NCBI RefSeq assembly: GCF_009914755.1
Contig: NC_060934.1
Direction: 5' to 3' (one strand)
Length of the DNA stretch: 64,000 bases
From: the human T2T-CHM13v2.0 reference genome, Homo sapiens
Shown here: positions 52,361 through 64,000 of the stretch, in pieces
How the letters are laid out: every line of letters begins with the position of its first letter
Position numbering within the stretch: the stretch's first letter is position 1
The notes under the pieces: model-generated
Told to the model about the DNA's origin: nothing
The model's input: the letters and a program-made list of their open reading frames with translations, nothing else
Databases searched by the model: none
Position numbers and translations under genes: made by a program

Positions 52361-52417
52361 AAAAAAAAAAACAGAGTCGACCATGTTTCCCCTCTGTTTG
52401 AAATTTTTCCTGGCTTC

Positions 52418-52637
<220 letters not shown>

Positions 52638-52916
52638 TCACTGCCTTAAACTCCCCGCACATCTTTCCACACCCCTCTCAGACCCTGTGGCCTCTTAAAA
52701 AGCAGGTCCTATTCACTTAAAACTGCTCTTCTTTGTCCACTGAGGAACTCCTATTTTTCTTTCAAAACTCTGCTTAGTGGTGACCTCCTCTGTAATGCCT
52801 TCCCTTAATCCCCCTCACCTCCCTGAACATATGCAGTGTGGGGGTGTGTGCACACACATATACATGCATTACACACATACACACACATTATCACACATCT
52901 TACACTCACGTACATA

Positions 52917-53251
52917 CAGTTATTCACTGCATATGACATTTCGATCAATGACAAATGGCATATATGACGGTAATCCCATAAGATTATAATGTCGTATTGT
53001 AACTGTATCTTTTCTGTTTAGATACACAAATACTTACCGTTGTGTTACAATTGCCTACAGTAGCCAGTGCAGTAACATCCTGTACAGGTTGGTAGCCAAG
53101 GAGCAATAGGCTCTACTATATAGCCTAGGTGTGCAATAAGCTGTACCATCTAGGTCTGTGTAAGCACAGTCTGTGGTGTTTATACAGTGATGAAATAGCC
53201 TAATGACAAATTTCTCAGTATATATCCCTGTCATTAAGTGACACTCCACTG
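52917..53251. mobile_element. Tigger3a (MER7A)-like MITE
   Basis: TA|CAGT...CCCATAAGATTATAAT...GGAGCAATAGGCT...ACTG|TA; inserted in a CA-rich tract. Confidence 0.88.
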
Positions 53252-54102
53252 TAAACACATACACAAGCATACACACGCAAACATACACATATACGCAGCC
53301 AGAACAAATGAGTTACTTCATCCTCAGCACTCCAGGGGCATGTTGTTCATACCCCTGAGGGCCCTGAACCTTACCCCCTTCTAATTACTATTCATTCTTA
53401 CCACTTTAGCTCAACAGGTGTCTCCTCTAGGTGATTTTTCTTGAGCCTTCAGATAGAACCAACCACTCCACCCCTCACCTCACTATCCCACACCTATCTT
53501 GGGACGCTAGGACTCCACTTCTATTATTTTCATGGCTTTTTTTCTTTCCTGGAGAGTAAAACTCATAAACTCTATGAGAGCAGGCATTATCTCCTGGGTC
53601 GCTGCATTTCCCAGAGTCTGACGCTGTATCCGATGGACATCAGGTGCTTGGCTGGAAAGAAACTCAGCTGGGACAGAGCAGGGTGGCCGTCCTGTTGTTT
53701 CTGGCAGTGCCCATTCTGACTGATCAGTGCTCTACCCTGTTTTATATGCCAACACCATTGTGGAATGTCACCACGGTACTCAGTAAGTGTTGATTGAACT
53801 GTCATCATTACTTACATGTCTATAACTCATTAGACTGCCTCTGTCTCAAAGTTGGAATCTATCATACTAATTTTTGATTCCCCAGGACCTAGGTAAGAGC
53901 CGAACATGTAGTAGATACTCAGTAAATGCCTGCTGAAAGAATTGAGCAGATGAGTGCAGAAAGCAACAAATTTGCTTTGGAGCCCGTGGTAGCACCCCGG
54001 CATGGGTTCCCACCCCTTCAGTTATGGGCCTCCACCTTTAGGATCAGGACAAAATGCCTTCACATGGCCACAAAGCCCTGCACTGTGTGGCTGCTGTCTG
54101 TC

Positions 54103-54909
54103 TGTATTAGTTATAATCATCGGTGAGTGGCAGAAGCCCCCAAGCTACTGTAACTTAAATATGAGAGAAGTGTGTTTCTCTCTCTTGAACACAAAGAGAT
54201 CAATGGCTGGGGGCAGACCATGCAGGTCCGTGGTCATCAGAGACCCTGACTGCTTCCTTTCTGTCATTCTGCACCCCCTCATCCAGGATCCTGCCTGTGG
54301 TTCAAAATGGCAGCTCCAGCTTAGAAAAGCTGTTGGAGTTCCACCGGGTAGGAAGGACAAATGGACAGAGAAGGCTGTGCCCTTCCCCTTAAGAACATTT
54401 CCCAAAAGTTGAACAGAGCACTCACATCCTGTTGGCCAAACTTAGTTACATGCCCTTGTCTAGCTGCAAGGGAGGCTGGGAAATATAGTCTCTATTCAGG
54501 CAGCCTTGGGCCCAGTAAAAATAAAAGTTTCTCTAGTAAGAAATTAAAAGGTGGGCCGGGCACGGTGGCTCACACACATAATCCTAGCACTTTGGGAAGG
54601 TGAGATGGGTGAATCACCTGAGGTCAGGAGTTCTAGACCAGCCTGGCCAACATGGAAAAACCCAGTTGCTACTAAAAATACAAAAGTTACCCAGGCATGG
54701 TGGCACATGTCTGTAATCCCAGCTACTGGGGAGGCTAAGGCACGAGAATTACTTGAACCTGGGAGGCAGAGGTTACAGTGAGCCAAGATCTCATGCCACT
54801 GCACTGCAGCCTGGGTGACAGAGTGAGAATCTGTCTCAAAAAAAAGAAAAAGAAAAAAGAAATTAAAAGGAGGCTAGATGTTGAGGGGCAAAGAGTAGAC
54901 TTTTCCACA
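54103..54909 (-). mobile_element. MLT1J-like LTR, split by an Alu and inserted in an L2
   Basis: TCAAAATGGCAGCTCCAGC...CTAGCTGCAAGGGAGGCTGGGAAATATAGTCT. Confidence 0.8.
54554..54856 (+). mobile_element. AluSx-like
   Basis: Full dimer; TSD AAGAAATTAAAAGG[T/A]G. Confidence 0.95.
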
Positions 54910-55385
54910 CTCCCTCTCCACCCTGATCACACGCAGCTTGCCCCCTTCTGTTCCTCCCCTACTCCTCCTCTACCCGCCACCTTCTTCCTGCCACACTCAC
55001 TGCTGATATGAGCTGCTTGGTCATACTGGTACCTCTCTCAGGAATGCTGGCCCTCCCTCTTTCCCTAATTCACTCCTCATTCTCCATCAGAACTAAGCTT
55101 CACCTCCACCTTCCATAAGAAATACCCTTGCTAAGTCAAAGAACCCATGATTAGATCTCAAAGAATCATATGTCTTTCCTTTAAAACACTTGTGAAAATC
55201 TCAAGTTTATATGCATTTGCAAGATTATTGTATTAATATCTGGCTTCATCGTTAGATGAATAACCCCACAGGAAAAGAACACGTCCACATTTGTTTACTG
55301 TTTTGTCTCTAGTGCCAAGCATAAGCTCTTGTCAAAAGTAGGTTCTCAATAAATAAGTGTAGAGTGAGTTGATCAATTAATGATG
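54910..55385 (+). mobile_element. L2 3' region
   Basis: CAGGAATGCTGGCCCTCC...CTCTAGTGCCAAGCATAAG...GTAGGTTCTCAATAAATAAGTG. Confidence 0.7.
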
Positions 55386-56069
55386 CATATGTGATGCAGT
55401 TTCAGATACAGCTCTAAAGCTAGGGCAAGATACTAGTAGCTACCTGCACAGAACTGAATGAAATTGTGGAAGTAGTTACAAATCCCCAAAGAAGAAGAGA
55501 CAGAGAGAGAAGAGAACAAATACAGTTTATATTTGTGGCAGAGATGCATGAGGCAGGAAAATAATCCAGAGAATAGAAGAGGGGAAGAAAGCAGACATTT
55601 GCTGAGCCCTGTGCTGGGCTCGGTATGAGAATGATCTCGTTACCCTTGGCAATAGCCCTGAGCCCCAGCTCTTGGTGCCCTGAGGAGATGGACAGCCCAT
55701 GCCTCAGTTAAAGGATTGTACAATTTGTTCAGGAGAGATCAGGGATGCCTGACCCTAAGTCCATGCCTTTCGATGGGTAAGGCTATAGGAGAATGTGATC
55801 CAGAGGAAAGAGAAGAGGATTAGAAGAGGACAGAGTTCAAGAAACTAAGGCTATGGAGTCCTAAAGCTCAGGAAGAACCAGAGGGACCGCAAGCCGAGAA
55901 GCACCCTTGACTCTGCCCATTAGAGGCCACTGTGGCTGAGCAAGCCCAGGAGAGGTGAGGGCAAGTCCCGACAGCAAGTGACAAGCACCTTTGAAGCCTA
56001 TGTCTCCGGGGTCTGTATCTTCTTTAAGAATTTGTGAGTTAAAAAATAACAGACAAGGATGAGGCCTGG

Positions 56070-56475
56070 GCCCTAAGGAGAGGGTAGACAATGCCATCGA
56101 GAAACCCCCAAATCTCAGCGGTGTAACCCAACAGAGCTGCACCTGGCTCCTGTCATTGTGTGAGGAAGGCCTGGCAGTGGTTGTGCATGGTCCTTCCACA
56201 AGTGGTGACTTGGGGACCCAGGCTACTCCCACCTGGCAGTCCTGCATCTCAGACACCTTGACCTCTAGCTCCACAGAAAGGGGGAAACATGGAGAAGGAC
56301 CACCTGCTCATCATTGCCTTGGACAGGAAGTAGCATCTCACTCCTGCTAAATTTCCATGGCAAGCTTTAGGCGTCTGACCACTGCTAGGGCTGTGAGCAC
56401 TGAAAACGTGCTCTAATCCAGTGCTCTGGACAAAGAAATAGCTTCGTGAATGCACAGCACTGTCTCTGCCTCACA
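56070..56475 (-). mobile_element. MLT1I/J-like LTR
   Basis: CCCCCAAATCTCAGCGGTGTAAC...GACTTGGGGACCCAGGCT...CAGGAAGTAGCATCTCAC. Confidence 0.7.
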
Positions 56476-56654
56476 CAGCTTCCTAGGCTGTAGGAGGACT
56501 TGGCTCATTTTCAGCTAGAGGCAAAGAAACTAGCAGAGAGGGTTGGCAAAGACTCTGGCTAGAAGAGAAGATGGTCCCTCTGGGAGAGGAGGAAGGGGGA
56601 GCTGCACCAGGCCCATCTAAGGGGCTTGCTTGCTCTCCTTTTCTCTTTAACATC

Positions 56655-56830
56655 GTGGAGGTTGAGGGCTCAGGTCCTGGGGCCAGACTGCCCAGCCAAA
56701 AATCCCCCTTACCAGCACTTCCAAGCCAAGTGGCCTTGAGCAAGCTACTTAACCTCTCTGTGCCTCAGCTATATCATCTGTAAGATGGGGATGGTACTGC
56801 AGCCTGTACCATAGTCGTGTGGATTAAGTC
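56655..56830 (+). mobile_element. MIR
   Basis: CCTTGAGCAAGCTACTTAACCTCTCTGTGCCTCAGCTATATCATCTGTAAGATGGGGATG. Confidence 0.9.
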
Positions 56831-56879
56831 CATTTATTTATACAGTAGTGCAGAGAGTATCTAACAACTGCCAACTGTC

Positions 56880-57450
56880 AATATAACACATGCATGTGTA
56901 AAAATACTCAAAGCACTTGTGAAGATACACAAACAAGAGTGAGTAACCCCCCAATCCCTCTCTTCCTTCTCAGAGATGGCCATCATCACAGTTTCTTATA
57001 TATCCTTCTCAAGTATTCTATACCCATATAAGCAGTTATTTGTAATATATGTGCATAGATGCTTTTACACAAATGGATGAACACAACACAAAATGCTCTG
57101 CAACTACTGTTTCCCACCAGATGCCGTTCATAATCACCCACCGAAATGCTTGGCTAACATTTCATGCACACACGCACAAGATTTATGTAAACAATCCCCT
57201 CCTATTGAGTATGGGGTAGTTTTCAGCTTTTTAATGCTATTAATAATATAAACAATGTTACAGTGAACATCCCGGTATCCATATCTTTGAGCACCTGTGA
57301 AATCCTGTCTTCTAGAGGTGGAACCATTGAGTTCAAAAGTAAACGTGTTTTAATTCATAAACCCATTCTCCCAAATTGTCCTCCCTGAAGTGGCACCTTC
57401 TTCGCTTCTCCCACCAGCTCTGGATGAGGGCACTGGTTTCCCATGTGATA
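56880..57450 (-). mobile_element. L1ME-like fragment
   Basis: AACAATGTTACAGTGAACATCC...CTAGAGGTGGAACCATTGAGTTCAAAAG...CCAAATTGTCCTCC. Confidence 0.7.
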
Positions 57451-58319
57451 GATGTCTGTTTAGCGAGGAAGCAGGGCTGTTTCCTACATTTGGCACCATA
57501 GAGTCTATGCACATCTTTGAGACATGGAAACACACACACATGCTCCAAATTAGAAAAGAATACCACAAACTCAAAAATGAATAAATATTTAATTAAATGG
57601 CTCCCAAATAGGAAGGTGGTTTTGTAATGAGACAAAGAGCAGAGGCCGTGATAGGCAGGGGCTGCCCTGCTCTCCTCTCCTTCCTGCTCCCACATCGTAT
57701 GACCTGGGCAAGGGCTGAGCTTAAGTGAGCCTGGACTGCCACCCCTGTGAGATGGAAATACAGACAAGTCCAACAGTGTGGGCTGTTGCAACGATTAAAG
57801 GAAATCAGGTATACACATAAAGGACCCAGGATCATGCCTCACACACGCAAAATCCCCAGTAAATTTTACCTAGTCATTAGTATGTCAAAAGGGCACCACA
57901 AGTCAAGTCTAACATAGTTATTTATAAATTGTATACTTACAGTGAGATGCAGGTGCAATGTCATATTCCAATATGATGAGGGGCAAGTCCTCCAACAGCA
58001 GGAGTGCTTGGGCCCTGCGATAGCTATGTGAGCCAGTGAGGGAATAAACAAGCCAGCAGTGATGGACAGAAGGAGGTGACCTGGGCAAAGCGAGAGGACT
58101 CCTTCCTTGTGGCTCCTGCTGAACGCAGAGAGACCTCAGCTACCTTCTCATTTAGAAGAAGGGCAGGAGACAAAAGAGCAAGGGGTTAGCAGCGAGGCTC
58201 CCGCTGCAGGAGACGTAGTCGTGAGGAGCCCGAGGGAATGGCTGGTGCCTCCAACAAGGCCGACTCCCACAGGAGAAAGTCAGCGCATTTTCCATTCTCT
58301 ATCAGTGTGTCTGTAACTA

Positions 58320-58530
58320 CATATTACCAGTGTATAATTTATTTATTTTTCATATCTACTGTTCAATATTTGTCTCCCCCTCTGAAATGTAAGCTCCCAT
58401 AGGGCAGGGATTTTTGTCTGTTTTATTCACTCACTGTGGGGACTTCTATTCACTGGTTTGTCTGATATGCTTAGGAGTGCCTGGCACATGGAAGACTCTC
58501 AATAAATATTTGCTAAATATGATGAATGAA
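58320..58530 (+). mobile_element. L2 3' end
   Basis: ATGTAAGCTCCCATAGGGCAGGGATTTTTGTCTG...GTGCCTGGCACATGG...CTCAATAAATATTTG. Confidence 0.88.
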
Positions 58531-58694
58531 ATAGAAAGTTTCACTAAGGAGCTAATACATTTTTAACACATCTCTAAAGCTTGCTTATCTCCTTTGTGAA
58601 CGAAGAGGCAGAGGAGCTCTCAGGCTCAGAATCTTCCGCGGCAATAATTTAATAAACTTGCTTGGGTTTCATTATATTTTTTGTGGTCATCTTT

Positions 58695-59060
58695 TGTGGT
58701 GGTCACTGGGGCTGTTTATGAATATTCGGATTCCCCTCTCCTGCCAGGCTAGGATGATGGCACCTACAGCCCACTTTGAATTTACTCAGGCCAGGTGACT
58801 TGCTTTGGCCAGTGGCATGTGAGCAGAGATGACATGTGTCCCCCTGGGCAGGTGTCTCTAAGAGCCAGTACATGGAAACAGGTACCAGATGGGGATGGCC
58901 TCATTCTACATCCTTGGGTGACTCTGGGGAGCAGGGCTCTCTTGCTGACCACCTTTGCATATGTACCATGAGAAAAAAAATGCCTCGTTGCAATCAGTTA
59001 CCGAGTTTGAGATCACTTGTCATGGCACAACCCAGCCTGTCCTGTGTTATATTAATTTCA
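58695..59060 (+). mobile_element. MLT1I/J2-like LTR
   Basis: GTGACTTGCTTTGGCCAGTGGCATGTGAGCAGAGATGACATGTGTC...AAGAGCCAGT. Confidence 0.75.
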
Positions 59061-59444
59061 CAGAAAGATGGGAGTTGCCAGTGGGGTGACAGATAGCACA
59101 TGGAACAAGTGAGGGACCTGCTGAGACAGAAATGAAAGTCCTGGACTCCTGTTCCCTCCATGGGCAGCTCCTACAGGTTGTCCTTCCTGTCTCTTCAGAC
59201 ACCCCTGCAGGGCTCTGGACATTGGACACCATGTGAAGTTATAGAAAAGATGGGAGCCAATGTGGCCAGGGCTTCTCCCAACAGAGGCCAGAGGAGGTCG
59301 AGCTGAGGATGGAAAGATGGAAGAGACTTCTAAGGGCAGGGACCTTGGAGTAGCCATCTCTGTAACCCTAAGTGTCTAACACAGAGCCCTGCCCATATAG
59401 AAATGTTTCATGGATAAATGAATTAATTTTAAGCAAAAAAGCTT

Positions 59445-59855
59445 AATGTAACAATGCTTCTTGAGGCTCTGAAGATGGACAAACGGGCTCAAAACCTGGC
59501 TCCACAACCTATCTCCTGTGTGACCTTGAACAAGGCCTTTAAGAAATTGGAGATTCAATCTCCTGAAAAACGGCGATAGTGATATCTATTTATAAAGTTG
59601 TTGTGAGGGTTAAATGAAGTAATGACTGCATAGTGCTTCACTTAATGTCTGCAGGTAGCAAACCCCAGAGGAGGGTTAGGAGCTAGGAGCACGGGCTTTG
59701 GAGCCAGACTTGGGTTTTTGTCCCAATCTGACAGTGACCTCAGGCAACTTACTTTTTCTTTGAAGTTCCTTCATTGCCAAATGGAGATAGTGCTATCTGA
59801 TTCACAGGCTGATTACGGGCATTAAATGAGATGGCACAAAGCACCTAGACAGTAC
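59445..59855 (+). mobile_element. Two tandem MIRs
   Basis: CTGTGTGACCTTGAACAAG...GTTGTGAGGGTTAAATGA; GAGCACGGGCTTTGGAGCCAGAC...GCATTAAATGAGATG. Confidence 0.8.
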
Positions 59856-60396
59856 AGGCAGTTGAAAGTCCCCTCCCTCCTTCCTATATTCCAGAACAAC
59901 GAGGGTGCGAGCTCAGAACTAGGATCATGAAACCCCCTCTGGGTCCTGTTTCTGGTTCTCATCTCTCCAAAGCAGCAGCTTGTCTTGATAAATGAAGCCA
60001 TGCAGGAGAGTTAATGGGGGATAGTGGGTTAATTTGTTACCTCCCTTAGGGTCAAATTTAGAGTTGAACCTAGTAGTCCTCTAATGGCTCTGTTCTGTCA
60101 AGAGGAAGACATGGGTGGGCAGAATGGGGTACTTAATGGTGAGATCATGCTTCTTTCTTCTTTGTGTTGACCTTCAATGCAGCTGTCCTAGGCACGTTGA
60201 TGCTTGCAGCCAGACAGCAAGCTCAAGGCCAGAGATTTCAGAGCAGGCATGGAAGACTCTTAATCAAAATAACACACCTTCTGCTTCTGCTCCCAGATCA
60301 TAGACCCATCCTCTTACTAATAGATCATCCACAAGTGGATATCAGTCTGATATCCAGATGTCCTGTTTCTCTACATCTGAAAGCAGATCTCTTTTC

Positions 60397-60600
60397 CATT
60401 AACATTTATTGAGCACCTACTATATACTGATGCTTGGCACTTTGCCAAACACCATGTCATTTAGTCCTTTCAGAGACTTTGTGAGTCATACACCATTAAC
60501 CTCATTTCCCAAACAAAGGAGTTTTGGAGATGATAATCAAATTGCCCCAAATCACAGGGAAGATGATGTAAGTTCTACTCCAGACTCCAAATCCAGTTCT
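60397..60600 (-). mobile_element. MIR
   Basis: AACATTTATTGAGCACCTACTAT...TTGCCCCAAATCACAG...GACTCCAAATCC. Confidence 0.75.
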
Positions 60601-61284
60601 CCTTCTACCTTTTCTTTCCTCTGCCTTTCTGATTGTTCAGGAGGTAAGGAAGATCTGCAAGGATGGCAAGTTCAATGCTCTGTGAGGGCAGGCTTACCGT
60701 TGTGGATCAGGTGCTTCTGACAGTCTGACGCCTGATGTCCACCGCAGGGAGGGTGGTGTCACTAGAGGGTCACGTTAGCTACCCTACCTGAACTGGCCAC
60801 GTTGAGAGATTTGAGAGTTACTCAGCAAAGCTGAATCATCATGGCATGAGAGCTCTTCTTCAAGAAAGAAAATACCTGTCGCCCTTGACAGGTGCAGGTG
60901 ACACCTCAGAAAGTGGTATTATCAAGCCCTAGAGCCCCACCCTACAATTTCAGGGAACATCAGCAGTTTCCCTGTGTTACCAGGTAGGCTGCTAGGCAAG
61001 GTGCTGTTCACCCATGCTTGGCTCTGAGTGGCTTAAGTGCAGCTTTGTATCTCTGATCTCTCTTTGAAGGACACAGGGAGGGTTCCACGAACATCCAGGA
61101 TGAGGGGGGTTGGGAAGGGGGTTCAAGTCACCGTTTGCCGTGGTTGCCCTGCCTCCTCCTCTCCTCCTGGGTGCTATGCCCCCATCTGGGCCCTGGCAGC
61201 TCTCCTGGAAGGTGGTAGCCATACTCCTAGCTCCTCTCCTAGCCTTTTGTCTTCTCACTCTCCCCTGCAAAGTTAGAGGATTCA

Positions 61285-61640
61285 GAGCCATGCAAAGCAG
61301 GACATTTTGGATGAAAGGAACTGGAGACATTTGACCTGCAAAAGAGAAGACTTGGGGACATAACATTGCTCTCCAATCTCTGACAAATGGCAGACTGGCT
61401 CTGCACAGCCCCGGAAGGCAGCACCAGTGCCGATGGCCAAGTTTCAGGGATGCGGCAGAGGATGTGCCAGAATAAGAGAGGAGTTTCAAGCCTTCCTGCT
61501 GCTCGGAGACTACTCCATTGCAATTGGCTTCCTTCTTACTGTGCAAATCCCCCAGCACAGGGATGGCAGCAGGTTTCCTACTCAACTCAGCAACTCGGAG
61601 GGCTAGAGGGTGGCATTAGGGAGGACTGAGGCTATATCCA
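61285..61640 (+). mobile_element. L3/CR1 3' remnant
   Basis: GGAACTGGAGACATTTGACCTGCAAAAGAGAAGACTTGGGGACATAACATTGCTCTCCAATCTCTGA...CAGCCCCGGAAGGCAGCACCAG resembles the end of CR1 ORF2. Confidence 0.6.
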
Positions 61641-62084
61641 GGTTTCAAGGGAAGGGGTACCAGGATTTGTTCTCAGGGGCTGGGGAAATGAGGGGACTGG
61701 CCCTGAACTTGCTGTTTATGGCTTGGCACTACTCTTTACACTGATGGATTCTCAAAAATGGTTTGTGAAGTGGAATAGAATTGCCTTGGAGGTGTTGAGT
61801 TCCTCTCCACCACACCAGTGTTCCAGTACAAACCACCAAGGCTCTGAGACACTGTCCTGCAGGTGGATTCCAGGAGCAAACTGGTAGCCTGCAGGCAGTC
61901 CGCTGATATGTTCTCTAGCCATGCCAGAGCATATAAATCCCTCGTGTGTACAAATGACTGTGCTATCATCCATCTGGAGAGGAGATTCACATGCTCACTG
62001 ATAGAATCTGCATGCAGTTTATTAATGCCAATGAGTTTCAGGTATGCATAGTACTGCGTGCCTTTAAACTAGGCCAGTACAACC

Positions 62085-62295
62085 AAGAGCTAGGACTTCA
62101 GCATCTAGCTGACCTGGTTTAAGGTCCCAGTTTTGCCATTTTCTTGAGGTGGTTCCCCTTGTCACCCTCAAGATTCTCATCTGGAAACAGGGCCCAGTGA
62201 GAGAACCTTCCTTACAGGCTGATGTGAGAGATACGAGTAAATCACTTTGCCCAGTGCCTGGTCTGTGGGTAATGTCCCATAAATGGCCACTATTC
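62085..62295 (+). mobile_element. MIR
   Basis: AAGAGCTAGGACTTCAGCATC...TTCTCATCTGGAAACAGGG...CCCAGTGCCTGG. Confidence 0.7.
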
Positions 62296-64000
62296 TAATT
62301 CATATAGTTTTAATAAAATATGGGCCCCTGGGCGGCGGCCTGAGCGAAAGGATGGTAATGCTTGTAATCAGCATGTCAGCAATGTCTATGCACGTGGCCA
62401 CCCACTGAAGAGTTCAAAATCACCTATTTCACAAAGCCACCAATGCATCCATCCTTCCCACGAACGCACTCACACTATCTGGGGGAAGAAACTCTTCTTC
62501 AGAGGGGAGACAGAATGGCCACCTTCTGATTATCTGCTATGGGGCAGGCACTCTCACTTCCAGCCTCTGAGTTAATCCTCTCCAGGAGCTTAAGAGAGGG
62601 GTATTCTCACCTCCGTTTCACTTGTGAGGACTCAGCACATCTTCTAAGGTTCCAGAGCAGGCAAGGGGGCATCTCTGGGATTCAAATGCCGCCCCACTAG
62701 ACTCCCAAGCTAAATAATTTCCCAATAGCCACAGCTGCTTCTAGAGAGAGCCAAGGTGCCCTTGAGTCCTGATTGTGCTCAAATCATCCCAGATTCTTAA
62801 TCCAAGACCAGAATCCAGGGATATCCCTCATTGGTCTGAGTTCTGAAGGTGAGGCTGGTGGTGGTCCCCATCCACTTGGCAGTCTTGCTTGTGGAATGCC
62901 AGAGCTGCTGGGAGTGGGGGAGTGGGAAGGCAGCTTTGAAGTCTTCCCTCATGCTGAGCTGCAGAAAGCTGGCTTGTTGTCTTATGCAGAGAGCAGTTGA
63001 GGATATCAAAGGGAAGATGGGATGTTAAATTTTGAGTGATCAATGTTTAATAGTCTGGGTTGTAAACTGTCATGAGGATGCTCTAGGAGGGGAGCTGTGT
63101 GAATTGCAGGGTTTGCCATGTGATGGCTGGAGAGGATCAACCCTCTGGAGGTGCCACGCATCAGCAGGGAGGACAAATGGAGAGTGACGGAGGGTGGATC
63201 CACACCCACCAACTGGCCACTCACTGTGGGGACTTGAAGAAAGCATGGACACAATTAGGAAAGAAAGGGTGAGGACATGACCTCCTCTGCCCCAGGAGTG
63301 ATCCTCCATGCACTGGTTCATCCTTTCAGCCGGATGCTTTAAGTGTAACCCCGTGCCCAAACCAGCTAGGTCAGGGGCAGGGCGGTCCCCAGGGGCCAAA
63401 AGAACCTGAGCACTTGCCAGTGAACATCTGTTTGGTTGTTTACTAAAACTTATCTGGAAAATTCCAGCCTTGCCACAACAAGGCATGGAGGGGAAAGGTA
63501 GGAGGCAGTGTGGGTCCAAGGGGAGGGTGATGCTGGGATGGACTGGGACCTGGAGAGGTGGCACTGGTGTCCCTCTCTTTTCTGGATGTCCTAACATCCA
63601 GTGGGCTCTGCCGTTTACTCAGAAAGGAGGAGAAGGGAGGAGAAGGTGGGGAGGTGAAGCCCCTTGCCTGTGATCACCCGGCTGCAGCAGATCAGGTCTT
63701 CTCAGGGCCAGGCACTCTGTCCCTACCCTTGCAGGCTGCCTCTGCAGCAGAGAATGCAAGATTGTGGGTCCCAGCTCCAGCTCTGTTGCCTTTGCAGCTC
63801 ACACGTTCTCATCAGTACAGGCCGTATGGCCCAGACATGGCAGTGAGTAGGGAGGAGCTCTTCCTAAAAGCTTTCTTGGCCAGAGAGCAAAAGACAGGCT
63901 GAGCGTCCCTGACGGCTGCCTTCTTCTGTACCCAAATTTGAGCATCACAAGAGGATCAGGAAAGTCTTAGAATGGTCTCTTGGGGAGGTCCACCTGAGCC

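Overview
This window is primate, most likely human, non-coding genomic DNA (intergenic or deep intronic). The evidence is a near-consensus AluY carrying the Yc1-type diagnostic base, plus THE1B, MADE1 and L1PA elements. I can support no protein-coding region, tRNA, rRNA or CRISPR array; the listed ORFs are chance frames or artefacts of Alu and simple repeats. The landscape is dense in old MIR, L2, L3 and L1M remnants, with about ten solo MaLR/ERVL LTRs, DNA-transposon MITEs (MER58A, MER5A/B, MER46C, Tigger3a, MADE1), twelve Alu-family elements and several STRs. Between the repeats lie short repeat-free islands that retain CpGs or homeodomain, RFX and TCF motifs and look like conserved enhancers; the best is 9.1-9.7 kb. 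The most notable items seen directly are: (1) a perfect 33-bp MADE1 hairpin carrying miR-548-type arms, with a duplicated half-copy upstream; (2) a ~100-bp templated local duplication; (3) a tail-less, TSD-less Alu; (4) a young AluYc1-type element forming a close inverted pair with another AluY; (5) recurrent TAAT-N3-ATTA sites in the unique islands. I found no convincing undescribed biological system. Repeat subfamily calls come from recalled consensus sequences, and boundaries of old repeats are approximate.
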